From sequence record DRR723986_3165: DNA of 46,733 nucleotides; one strand, 5' to 3'. Shown here one piece after another: positions 29,624 through 39,158 of this stretch. Each line of letters begins with the position of its first letter. Within the stretch, counting starts at the first letter, position 1. The translations under genes were made by a program, and so were the position numbers. Below the pieces are notes generated by a model. That model saw only the letters and a list, made by a program, of their open reading frames with translations. It made no database searches and was not told where the DNA came from.

Positions 29624-30043
29624 TCAGTCTTTCCGCAACAAACCGCCCAGCTTCCGGCGATCCTGAGCTTCCCGTCGGCCATGAATGATGTCTGCTAAGA
29701 ATAGACGTTCTGGTCGAGGCTGGCGTAAAAAGGAATCCGCAGATTTTCTGAAATGCGGGCTTCAAGTTGCCTATTTGGGTCCTCAAGGACGCGTAGCGGA
29801 CAACGACCGGCAGATTGATCATTGGTTTGCACGGCAAGTGGACGCTCTTGGGGCCCGGTTTCGCTGGATGTTCCAGCGCGGTAGATTCATCGGCATCGGA
29901 AAGTGCGGCTGGCAGAAGCCAAAAGAGTCAGCATTGGCTGCAAAAGGCACGCTGAACAGACTACAGCGCACTGCGAACGATCAATCCGTCCGGCTAGATC
30001 CGTGGCCAGGCGACACGAAACACGCATGACGCAGGAAATGACT

Positions 30044-31465
30044 ATGTCCGAGTTGCTTCGATTCGATCCATCAGGTGCTTTTATTCCCGAAACGGGCCTC
30101 GAAACCAGCGATGTAGCAAGCCTGGGTTCAACGCTAGAAAAACTGCGTGACGAAGTCTGCGATATCGATGTCAAAATGCTGGCTGGAGAAATCGCAACTC
30201 CCGAGGAGAAACAGCCTCTGGACGCAGGCTTTTACATGATGCCAGAACGGCTGCTTGCCGAATACGAGGCAGATCGAAGCGGTAGTGAGTTGGCGCGCAT
30301 TCTAGCGTTCACCAAACAGATGATGACAAAGGTGGATCGGGTGGTAGTTCTCGGCATCGGCGGCTCCTACATGGGAGCCCGAGCGCTGATGGACGCCTGC
30401 TGCCAGCCCTACTTTAACGAACTCTCACGCGGAGATCGCGGCAGCCGCCCACGAATTTACTTCGAAGGCAACAACGTCGACAACGATGCAACTCAAGGTC
30501 TAATGCACTTACTCGGGGCAAACCGCGACCATGTTGCTACGGGCGTCGACGATAGTTGGGGCCTTGTCGTGATCAGCAAGAGCGGCGGAACCTTGGAAAC
30601 CGCAAGTGCGTTCCGGCAATTCTTGGCAGCCCTCGAGACGAGCTGTGGCGGTGATGCTGAGAAGATTCGAGAACGATTGATTCCAGTCACCGGTGCCTCG
30701 GGCAAGCTGTACGACTTTGCCACAGAATTAGGGTGCAAAGACATCTTCCCCGTACCCGATGGCGTTGGCGGAAGGTTCTCGATCCTAAGCGCTGTTGGAT
30801 TGGTGCCAGCGGCGTTGATGGGCATCAATGTCATGAAGCTGCTCCAAGGAGCTGCCGCGATGAACGAGCACTTCCGTACAGCCAAGGCGGCTGACAATGT
30901 TGTGCTGCAGTACACCGCTGTGAACCATTTGATGGAAATCAAACGCGGTGCCAACATCCGGCTGCTCAGCATGTGGAGCAAGGCTTTGGAAAGTGCTGGC
31001 ATGTGGTACGACCAGTTGCTGGCCGAGAGCCTTGGGAAAGCCGAGAAGGGCGCGATGCCTCTAACAACGGTTAACACTCGCGATCTGCATTCCCGGCACC
31101 AGCAGCATCAAGAGGGACGCCGCGACAAGATTGTCAACAATGTCATCGTTGAAAAGTATCGATTCGACGCCCTACCGATCGGCGCACGTGATTCTGATCC
31201 CGACACCTTGAATGATATCGCGGACAAAACGCTTCCGGACATCATGAAGGCTGCGATTGACGGTACAAACCAAGCACTTCGCGATGATGGGCGACCATCT
31301 ACGAACATTCATTTGCCGGTTGTCGACGAGTACACGATGGGCCAGTACTTCCAGATGCTAATGCTCGCGACCGTAGTCGAGGGGCGACTATTGGGGCTGA
31401 ATCCCTATGGACAACCGGGTGTTGAAGCGTACAAGAAGAACATGAACAGAAACTTGGGACGTTAA
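30044..31465 (+). CDS. pgi: Glucose-6-phosphate isomerase
   Basis: GIGGSYMG, ISKSGGTLET, VGGRFSILSAVGL, QLLAESLGK, DLHS, NPYGQPGVEAYK; AGGA upstream of the ATGs at 30038/30044. Confidence 0.93.
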   Translation: MSELLRFDPSGAFIPETGLETSDVASLGSTLEKLRDEVCDIDVKMLAGEIATPEEKQPLDAGFYMMPERLLAEYEADRSGSELARILAFTKQMMTKVDRVVVLGIGGSYMGARALMDACCQPYFNELSRGDRGSRPRIYFEGNNVDNDATQGLMHLLGANRDHVATGVDDSWGLVVISKSGGTLETASAFRQFLAALETSCGGDAEKIRERLIPVTGASGKLYDFATELGCKDIFPVPDGVGGRFSILSAVGLVPAALMGINVMKLLQGAAAMNEHFRTAKAADNVVLQYTAVNHLMEIKRGANIRLLSMWSKALESAGMWYDQLLAESLGKAEKGAMPLTTVNTRDLHSRHQQHQEGRRDKIVNNVIVEKYRFDALPIGARDSDPDTLNDIADKTLPDIMKAAIDGTNQALRDDGRPSTNIHLPVVDEYTMGQYFQMLMLATVVEGRLLGLNPYGQPGVEAYKKNMNRNLGR

Positions 31466-32154
31466 TGCACATGAGTGTAAAGCTTCTGTGGCACGGCCAC
31501 TCAACCTGGGAATTACACACCGGCGAGCATCGGATTATTGTTGATCCGTTTCTCACCGAGAACCCCTCCGCCAAGGTGGCTGCTTCGGAAATACGCGTCG
31601 ACCATGTTCTGCTTACGCACGGGCATTTTGACCATGTCGCCGATGCGGCTGAAATCGCAAACGCCAACGAGGCGATGCTGGTTGCAAACTTTGAAATCGC
31701 CAACTGGTTTGCATCCAACGCTAACGTCAAGAACACACTTGGTATGAATCTAGGCGGCAAGGCTGTGCTGCCCTTCGGTTCCGCCAAGATGACACTGGCG
31801 CACCATTCCAGCCAGCTTCCAGACGGGAGTTATGGTGGCAACCCAGGTGGCTTTCTTGTCGAAACGGCAGGAAAGAAGATCTACTTCGCCGGCGACACCG
31901 CGCTCTTCTCTGATTTGGCGCTGTTGGCTGATGAGGAAGTTGATGTTGCTATTTTGCCCATCGGGGATCTGTTCACGATGGGGCCAGAAGATAGCGTCAA
32001 AGCAGCGAAGATGATTGGTGCCCCCAAGGTTGTCCCAATGCACTATGGCACTTGGCCGCCCATCGAACAGGACACTGACAAGTGGGCGGAGGCAATTACG
32101 GCTGAAGGCATGACGCCGATTGTCCCCAAGGTGGCTGAAGCCTTCGATGTTTAG
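31465..32154 (+). CDS. Metallo-beta-lactamase fold metal-dependent hydrolase (UPF0173-like)
   Basis: WHGHS, VDPF, THGHFDH, AHHSS, AGDT, LPIG..FTMG, PMHYGTW; TAATG overlap with pgi. Confidence 0.92.
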   Translation: MHMSVKLLWHGHSTWELHTGEHRIIVDPFLTENPSAKVAASEIRVDHVLLTHGHFDHVADAAEIANANEAMLVANFEIANWFASNANVKNTLGMNLGGKAVLPFGSAKMTLAHHSSQLPDGSYGGNPGGFLVETAGKKIYFAGDTALFSDLALLADEEVDVAILPIGDLFTMGPEDSVKAAKMIGAPKVVPMHYGTWPPIEQDTDKWAEAITAEGMTPIVPKVAEAFDV

Positions 32155-32290
32155 GACTTAGCAAGGATCTTCGCAGACGCAGGACTCGCAGCATCCCGCC
32201 GCAACAGCCATTTTCAGGTGGCCGGTGCAGTCAAGATCAGCCAAGCGTTTGAGCTAGATGGTGGCAAGTAGGACAATAGCCGCGGTGCAT

Positions 32291-33982
32291 CTAGGAGAAG
32301 AACCGACGCATCGCCGTGAACCGGAGAGCCATTCTGGCAAACCGAAGCCAGGGAGCTGGCCGCCCGGCTCGCTCCCAAAGTCTGGGCAATTCATCTTCGG
32401 TAAGCTCACCACTGCGGTCTTCATCGAAGCGTTCCAAGCGATTCCACCGAGACTCGCCCAACTCCGCCTCGCTCAATCCGCCGCTCATGTCGGCATCGAA
32501 GCGATCAAACCGTGACTGCGTTCGGAAGTCCTCGAATTCTTCGAAGGATATCCCGCCGCTCGCGTCAGTGTCGGCGGTCTGCAAGCGATTCCAACGAGCG
32601 GTGCCAAGCTCATCTTCTGTTAGTTCGCCGCTATCATCGATGTCCTGGGCTCGAAAAACGTCCAACCTTAAGGCTGCAATTCTTTCGTGGATCTCATCCA
32701 GCGATATGGCATCATCACCATTGGCGTCGAGCCCATAAACCAGCAGCCGCTGCCAGAGCACATCCGGAACCCCCTCCTGGGTCAGCAAGCCATCATCGCT
32801 CGTGTCGACAACTGGAAATAACTCGGTTGCAATTCGCTGCAATCGACCGACCAAGGTTCCGCGTTCATGGTCCAATTCCATTTGATTGTCATCTTCTGCG
32901 GGATTCTCACTAGTCTCGTCCTCGCCAGTGTTCTCTTCGTTGGCTGCGGTTCCGTCACCTTCCCTGGTGACACCATCAACAGAGTCGTCAGCACCGTCTC
33001 GCTGGCCGTCCGATGCCGTGTCAGCGGCCGAGTTCAATTCGTTTACAACCATCAAGGCATCCATCGGAGTGATGCTGCCATCGTTGTCGGTGTCACATTG
33101 GTGGTCGCTACTGTGATCCCCGGAGTTAATGGTGTTGATGATCAACAGGACATCGATCGGGCTGACTGATTCGTCACCATTGACGTCCCTTGGGTGCACA
33201 TGGTTGTGCATTGAGTTGCTGGGCTGAAAGACGACAATTACGCCTCCACCAAACGATGCGCTGCCGTCAAAACGACGAGTGGACCAGCGACGAAATCGCT
33301 CTGCAAATTGGCGTATTCTGTCTTCGATGCTCGACGTGGAAACTTGGTCGACGGGATCCGTTTCGGGCGTGTCATCCGTTGGTAGGACATCATTCTCAAG
33401 CGGCAAAGCTGGGGCGTAGAGCGACTGTATTGCAGCGACGTCGGAATCACTCAGCCCAACGAAGAACTCGTTTGGCGATATCGTCGGTGCGAGAATGCTG
33501 TCTTCATGGTCATGGTCGTGCCCGAGACCAAGCGAATGGCCAATTTCATGAACGGCTACGGAGACCAGATCAAAAGCACGGCTTCCGAGGGCATTGCCAA
33601 CTTCCCACCGCTCCGCAATGTCAAACTGGATATCACCAGCAACGATGGGAGAATTCAGATCGTCGGGAAAATAGGCTTGGGCCAGAGTGCCGCCGCTGCC
33701 ATCGAGTGGAATGAAACTGATATCAATGCTGTTGCGAAGTCCAGGTGTATCGACTCGCTCAAAAGTGATGTCGGCTGCTTCCTCCCAGGCACCGAATGCT
33801 GTCTCCACAGCCGCATCTACCTGTGCTTGCGAGAGAGTTGGAGGTGCATTGGCAATGTGGTAGGTCAGCTCGGCTGAACCAAGTCCGGGGCCGTCCCAGC
33901 CAAGACTCGCAGCGAGAACTCGGCGATCTTCGAGTGTCTCAAATCCGCTAACGCGACAGCCCTTGCATTGCCTAAATTTCAT
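32291..33982 (-). CDS. Matrixin (M10-like) metalloprotease with dockerin and EF-hand repeats
   Basis: ETLEDRRVLA planctomycete leader motif; DGSGGTLAQAYFP, HEIGHSLGLGH; DVNGDESVSPID/DTDNDGSITPMD dockerin pair; about six DxDxSGxLxxxE loops. Confidence 0.88.
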   Translation of the reverse strand: MKFRQCKGCRVSGFETLEDRRVLAASLGWDGPGLGSAELTYHIANAPPTLSQAQVDAAVETAFGAWEEAADITFERVDTPGLRNSIDISFIPLDGSGGTLAQAYFPDDLNSPIVAGDIQFDIAERWEVGNALGSRAFDLVSVAVHEIGHSLGLGHDHDHEDSILAPTISPNEFFVGLSDSDVAAIQSLYAPALPLENDVLPTDDTPETDPVDQVSTSSIEDRIRQFAERFRRWSTRRFDGSASFGGGVIVVFQPSNSMHNHVHPRDVNGDESVSPIDVLLIINTINSGDHSSDHQCDTDNDGSITPMDALMVVNELNSAADTASDGQRDGADDSVDGVTREGDGTAANEENTGEDETSENPAEDDNQMELDHERGTLVGRLQRIATELFPVVDTSDDGLLTQEGVPDVLWQRLLVYGLDANGDDAISLDEIHERIAALRLDVFRAQDIDDSGELTEDELGTARWNRLQTADTDASGGISFEEFEDFRTQSRFDRFDADMSGGLSEAELGESRWNRLERFDEDRSGELTEDELPRLWERAGRPAPWLRFARMALRFTAMRRFFS

Positions 33983-34394
33983 TCCGAGCATCCCTTTGGA
34001 ATTATTGAGTTGGCGGCTGAATTGTACCAAAGCGTCGCAGCTCGCCATAGACTTTTGCTCCGAACTTGCTCAGTGCTATCAAGAGGTGCAGGGAGCCGAT
34101 CGCATATCAAGTGAGCTAGCCATCTCACCGAGAACCGGTGCCACTTGGGGTGCGACGCTTAAGAACAACAGGGCGAAGGACGCCACGAAACGTCACGCTT
34201 AAACGTAATAATTCTTCGCGCAGCGGCAGTTTTCGAGCAGCAAACGAAAACGTCCTTAAGCCGCGATCGCTATTTATGCGGGCGCTTCGATCTGCTACAC
34301 GTCGCAGTAAGGAACTGACATTTCAGAAAGCTAGCAATGCTACTGGCGGCCCGACATGGCTCATAGCTCGTGCTAGATTTAGAGGGAATTATAG

Positions 34395-36068
34395 ATGGTT
34401 TACCCATCAGCAATTCGACGGATCGCTGTCCCCGCCATCGTTGGCAGCAACTGCTCGGTAGTCTTGTTGGCATGTTTTGTCGCTGGAGTTGCCGGTGTCG
34501 CCAATGCGCAGTCGCCCAAGCCCGCTCCGTGGCAATCCGCGCCAGCTCTTCCGGCTCAACTTCCGACTCAACAGTCCTCAGGAGCGGTAGCTTACACACC
34601 GCTTCCGGGCGGGCAGCCCACTGGCCAGCAACGCACACAAACGGTCGCAAGTCCCGACAGCGTACCGGTCAATCGCATTGTTAGCCTTCCAGCTCCCCCG
34701 GCATCGCGTGGGCCAGTTGCCAGCTCGAGCCCTCGGAATACTCAGCCAACAGCCGCCCCACAAGGCCTTATGTTGCCGCCACTTCCGGTAGGCCCGGTGA
34801 CCCAGGTCCCAAACCAAGCCGCTGGGCCTGCTGCAATGGGACTCGTTGCGGCCAGTCCTGACGCCTCGGGATCAGGGCCAACTCCATTCCTGCCAACTCA
34901 AAATCCGCCACAGCAGGCGCAGAATGGCCCACTGCCTGGAGGTGGATTCCCAGGTGCGAAGCTACCCGCCGGCTTGCCGCCGGGGCAGCTCGGGCAGCAA
35001 CCTGTGGCCAATCAAACACAAAACACGGGGCAACCCGCTCCGCCGGTAGCACGACCACTCAAAGGTGGCGAACTGGTCGCTGTCGTTGGGACCGAACATG
35101 TCCTGGCAGGCGACATGAGTGTTTTTGTCGACCCGATCATCGAGAAGAATCGAGACAAGCTGCCTTCGCAAGCGGCCGTCGACCAGTTGCGAACGCAGCT
35201 CACCAGGCAGGTGCTCAAACAGTACATCGAAATCAAAGCGATGTATCTGGAATTCTTCCGCGACATGGTCGGCACCAAGCCACCCAGTGAACTTGATGCG
35301 ATGAAAGAACAAGTCGTTACGCGAGCAACCAAGATCTTTTACGAGAAACAGGTTCCAACGCTCTACGATCGCTACAAAGTAAAGACCCCCGTTGAGCTTG
35401 AACGGAAACTTGCAGAGAAGTCGCTCTCATTGACGACGATGCGCAATCAGTTTATCGAACAAGTCCTGTCGGCTGAGTACGAGAACAAGTACATTCCGCG
35501 GCGGTTTGAAATCTCTCGCCGCGAACTGCTCGACTATTACCGCGCTCATGCCAGCGAATGGAACATGAAGGCACGAGCGAAATGGCGCGAGATTTCGATT
35601 CGTTTTGATCGTCACGATCCTGCCACCGCGAAGACATTGATTGACAATCTGCATCGGCAGATCTTCCTCGGCGGTAAGCCCTTTGATGCCGTTGCGCGGG
35701 AAAGTTCTGAAGGTTTCACTGCCTCAGATGGCGGAATGTATGACTGGACAACACAGGGAAGCCTCAAGAGCAAGGTTATTGAACAGGCGATCTTTACGCA
35801 GCCTCTCAGGCGCTTGAGCGCGATCATTCAGGACGACGTTGGACTGCACATCATTGAAGTGCTTGAACGAGAGGACGCTCACGTGAAATCATTCCCGGAC
35901 GCTCAAGAAGAGATCCGCGAAATCATCTCACGACAGAAGAGCGAAAAGGCCAAGGAAAAACTGCGCAGCGACGTGCTGAAACGCACGCCCGTTTGGACGC
36001 TATGGCCCGAAGATCTCAAGGACCTGCCTCGCGTACATCCATTGACGCGTACCGCATCAGCGCCCTAG
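34395..36068 (+). CDS. Parvulin/SurA-like peptidyl-prolyl isomerase with a Pro/Gln-rich N-terminus
   Basis: FDAVARESSEGFTASDGGMYDW, GSL..IEQAIF, GLHIIEV; SurA N-like VAVVGTEHVLAGD. Confidence 0.85.
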   Translation: MVYPSAIRRIAVPAIVGSNCSVVLLACFVAGVAGVANAQSPKPAPWQSAPALPAQLPTQQSSGAVAYTPLPGGQPTGQQRTQTVASPDSVPVNRIVSLPAPPASRGPVASSSPRNTQPTAAPQGLMLPPLPVGPVTQVPNQAAGPAAMGLVAASPDASGSGPTPFLPTQNPPQQAQNGPLPGGGFPGAKLPAGLPPGQLGQQPVANQTQNTGQPAPPVARPLKGGELVAVVGTEHVLAGDMSVFVDPIIEKNRDKLPSQAAVDQLRTQLTRQVLKQYIEIKAMYLEFFRDMVGTKPPSELDAMKEQVVTRATKIFYEKQVPTLYDRYKVKTPVELERKLAEKSLSLTTMRNQFIEQVLSAEYENKYIPRRFEISRRELLDYYRAHASEWNMKARAKWREISIRFDRHDPATAKTLIDNLHRQIFLGGKPFDAVARESSEGFTASDGGMYDWTTQGSLKSKVIEQAIFTQPLRRLSAIIQDDVGLHIIEVLEREDAHVKSFPDAQEEIREIISRQKSEKAKEKLRSDVLKRTPVWTLWPEDLKDLPRVHPLTRTASAP

Positions 36069-36083
36069 AGCGATTTTTCCTGA

Positions 36084-36118
36084 CCGGCGTCATAACTCTT
36101 ACATTCGCTTGATGCCGG
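36084..36118. terminator. Inverted repeat after the PPIase gene (possible terminator or operator)
   Basis: CCGGCGTCA-17 nt-TGATGCCGG; no + strand U-tract. Confidence 0.35.
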
Positions 36119-36326
36119 AAATCCTCCATCTTCGCTGATCGCTTTCGGCGGCGCGACACAAAAATGGCATCGATTTGGGACTTATTGCGCATGGAAATCC
36201 TAGGATCGGGGTACCAGCGCAGGGCGAAGGCAGCGACTTGCGGTGGTCTTTCGATTGCGTTCCACCGGGAAAGTTTCCAGTGGGGCCAACAGCCATCTTC
36301 TAGTTCAGATCGCCGGAGTACCCAGA

Positions 36327-36668
36327 ATGAATTTCAAGCGTACCACCACCAAACGTCCGCGCAGGCGCGGCTTCTCTCTCCTTGAATTGCTAGCCGTTGT
36401 GACCATCCTCGGTGTCATTGCCGCTGTTGTCGTTCCGCGAATCTCGTCTTCGAAAACAGCCGCTCAAGAGCAGGTGAACAAACAGAACATTGCGGAGATC
36501 AATGGGGCCGTGGAACGCTGGTACTTCGACAAAGGCACCTGGCCGAGGCGCAATCTGTCGGATATCGGAGCAGATCCTGCCTACTTCCCCGAAGGTGTCC
36601 CGCGGAACCCAGTAGACAACAGCCGCTACCGCCTCGACAGCGACACCAAACGTGTCATCGTCAACTAG
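36327..36668 (+). CDS. Small type IV pilin / pseudopilin-like protein
   Basis: Class III signal RRRG|FSLLELLAVVTILGVIAAVVVPR; GGAG RBS before ATG 36327. Confidence 0.9.
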   Translation: MNFKRTTTKRPRRRGFSLLELLAVVTILGVIAAVVVPRISSSKTAAQEQVNKQNIAEINGAVERWYFDKGTWPRRNLSDIGADPAYFPEGVPRNPVDNSRYRLDSDTKRVIVN

Positions 36669-36690
36669 ACCTCAGCTTCCGCTTCCGGTG

Positions 36691-37485
36691 CTATGGCTTG
36701 ATAAGCTCCGACCCGTACTGTATCGCGGTCGCGAGCTTGGGACCAACCAGTTTGATTAGTTCAGCAGACGGAAGCTTCGTCCCAACGGCCGTGCAATAGT
36801 TTGTTCGCGATAGCCCGAGCGGAACCTCTTTGCTTGCCTCGGTCAGCATATCGAGCAATCGTTCTCGTTGCTCGGCATTCAGTCGTTTGTACTGAACGGT
36901 GTACCACTGAAGATGCGCGCGTTGGATCTCCAGCTTTTGATCTTCGGTAATCACTTTGCTGAAAATCTTGACGTAGATTGATTTCTCGCCATAAATCCTC
37001 GCCTTCATCTTCTTCTCCAACTCAGCAAGCGAAGCCGCGTTCCACTGAACCTCTTCATCGTTTGCACGAGCTGCATCTGTGGTAGCCAACCAACGCTTGA
37101 TGTCACGTTGCAAGGCACTTGCGTCCGCTTTTGCCGCGGTAAGAAGCTTTTCTTGTTGCTCCTTTGAAATCTTGCATGTCTTGCCGAGTTGCTTGAGAAG
37201 CCGCTTCGCGCGTATCTCTGCCTCTGCGACGATTTCGTTTTCAAGTGTGGAGCCTGGTTGTGACTCTGCCGTCGGATCTACTGCTTTCAGGCGAATACTG
37301 AATCGTCCGATGTCGTCGCCCAACCAGACACGGAAAGTCCTGGCAAACTCTATAGCGTCTCCCTCGGCGAACAATCCAATTGGCTGGATGACCACATTGT
37401 CGCGCTGAGCCACCGCGGGAGAAACCCAGCAAACTGCCAGAGTGCTGCTAATAAGCGAGCTAGTAAGTAGCGTCCGAAAGTACAT
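36691..37485 (-). CDS. Secreted hypothetical alpha-helical protein
   Basis: Signal peptide ending AVA-Q; 264-aa ORF filling the gap between convergent and divergent genes. Confidence 0.7.
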   Translation of the reverse strand: MYFRTLLTSSLISSTLAVCWVSPAVAQRDNVVIQPIGLFAEGDAIEFARTFRVWLGDDIGRFSIRLKAVDPTAESQPGSTLENEIVAEAEIRAKRLLKQLGKTCKISKEQQEKLLTAAKADASALQRDIKRWLATTDAARANDEEVQWNAASLAELEKKMKARIYGEKSIYVKIFSKVITEDQKLEIQRAHLQWYTVQYKRLNAEQRERLLDMLTEASKEVPLGLSRTNYCTAVGTKLPSAELIKLVGPKLATAIQYGSELIKP

Positions 37486-37583
37486 GCTCGATTCCTAAGA
37501 TGGACCACTCAGGGGCACACGTCTGCCCTCCCCAACTGATTTGATCATACCAGAAGCTTTCAAGACACGCTTTTCAAAGAGCC

Positions 37584-37615
37584 GCCGTGATAAGCGGGGC
37601 GCTGTGATAAGCGGG
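37584..37615. promoter_or_regulatory. Tandem direct repeat GCYGTGATAAGCGGG x2 (17-bp period), candidate operator
   Basis: Copies at 37584-37598 and 37601-37615 in the divergent intergenic region. Confidence 0.45.
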
Positions 37616-37796
37616 CGATTGCGTTTTATTGAGTCCACAAGATAATTGACGCCCCGAACCGCCGATGGCACTGGCAATATGCTGGTTTCTAAATCTCCAG
37701 CGGCGAAGCTGTGCTGGTGCCCAGTTTTGAAGCAGCCAGCTCTTGGCAATAACTCACTCGCCCACAAATCTCTCGAGCACGAACAAGGAGACCTCT

Positions 37797-38210
37797 ATGG
37801 TCAAGATCGACATCACTTATGAAGGCAATCTGCGATGCAAAGCCACTCATGAGCCTAGCGGCTGCGAACTTTCCACCGACGCGCCTAAGGATAACGAGGG
37901 CCTTGGCCAGTCGTTCTCGCCCACGGACCTGGTCGCCACCGCACTTGGTAGCTGTGTTGCAACCATTATGGGGATTTATGCGCGAAAGCATGACATTGAT
38001 CTGTCTGGGATGACGATCAACGTTGAAAAGCATATGTCCACCGACGCACCTCGGCGAATCGTCGCGCTTCCAGTTAAGATCGTCGTCCCCGTCACACTGA
38101 GCGAGCGTCATCGAGAATCCATGGAGCGAGCTGCCGGTCACTGCCCAGTGCACCAGAGCTTGCGAGCTGACATCGACGCACCACTTCATTTTTCCTACCC
38201 GGACAGCTAG
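37797..38210 (+). CDS. OsmC family protein
   Basis: TDAPKDNEGLGQSFSPTDLVATALGSC ... HCPVHQSL; AAGGAG RBS. Confidence 0.93.
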   Translation: MVKIDITYEGNLRCKATHEPSGCELSTDAPKDNEGLGQSFSPTDLVATALGSCVATIMGIYARKHDIDLSGMTINVEKHMSTDAPRRIVALPVKIVVPVTLSERHRESMERAAGHCPVHQSLRADIDAPLHFSYPDS

Positions 38211-38250
38211 CCGGTCCGATCGAGCTACAATTTTCCGAGCGAGAGATCAC

Positions 38251-39096
38251 ATGCAAGTTACGAAAGCTGTCATCACGGCGGCAGGCAATTCTAGGACTCA
38301 GTTACCCTTGCAGAGTGTTGTCGATCGTTCTGGACAAGTTCGAACGGCATTGGAGTTGTTAGTCGACGAGCTCACCGCGGCCGAGATTTCTCATCTGGCA
38401 ATTGTCGTTCGCCCTGGCCAGTCCGAGGCTTACGAGGCCGCTGCCGGCGATTCTGTACGCATTCAGTGTATCGAACAAGATTCACCGATAGGCTACGGCG
38501 ACGCAATTCTTCGCGCCGAAGAATTTGTGGGCGAGGACGCGTTTCTACACTTGGTCAGCGATCACCTGTACGTATCGCGGAACACAAAAACGTGCGCGCA
38601 GCAATTGATCGAAGTGGCCCAGGAAGAAGGCTGTTCCGTGTCGGCCGTTCAGCCAACGCGAGAGAACGAGCTTGCCTATTTTGGTGCAATCGGTGGTTCT
38701 CCGGTTCCTCGCTCAAGCAGCCTGTTCGAGGTTAAACAAGTGGTCGAAAAGCCCACGCCCACTCAGGCTGAGCAGTCGCTGATTGTGGCTGGCCAACGCG
38801 CCGGTTACTACCTGTGCTTGTTTGGCATGCATGTACTTACACCGAAGATCTTCGAGCTGCTGCGAGCAGACTTGGCGGCCGCGGACGGGACAATTGACCT
38901 TTCGACATCACTCAACCGTCTGGCTCAGAACGAGCGGTACTTGGCGGCAAAACTGGACGGCGTCCGCTACGACATCGGCGAGAAATACGGCCTACTCATC
39001 GCTCAGCTAGCCATCGCTCTTAGCGGTGACGATCGAGAGCGAATCCTAAGTGAGTTGGTCGAGCTGGTTGCCCGACAGCAATCACCGCAGATCTAA
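38251..39096 (+). CDS. GalU-like sugar-phosphate nucleotidyltransferase with a degenerate signature
   Basis: KAVITAAG, EQDSPIGYGDAIL, FLHLVSDHLY, VVEKP, RYDIG. Confidence 0.82.
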   Translation: MQVTKAVITAAGNSRTQLPLQSVVDRSGQVRTALELLVDELTAAEISHLAIVVRPGQSEAYEAAAGDSVRIQCIEQDSPIGYGDAILRAEEFVGEDAFLHLVSDHLYVSRNTKTCAQQLIEVAQEEGCSVSAVQPTRENELAYFGAIGGSPVPRSSSLFEVKQVVEKPTPTQAEQSLIVAGQRAGYYLCLFGMHVLTPKIFELLRADLAAADGTIDLSTSLNRLAQNERYLAAKLDGVRYDIGEKYGLLIAQLAIALSGDDRERILSELVELVARQQSPQI

Positions 39097-39158
39097 CCGA
39101 TGCATGCTTCTGTGCAATTGACTACAACACCTCGCCTGGTGAGCCGGTAGAGAATTCA

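Noticed and set aside
36120-36326. c-di-GMP riboswitch or sigma-54 promoter before the pilin
   Set aside because: CGCAGGGCGAA only loosely resembles the c-di-GMP-I start and the downstream conserved core is absent; TGGCATCGATTTGGG lacks GC at -12
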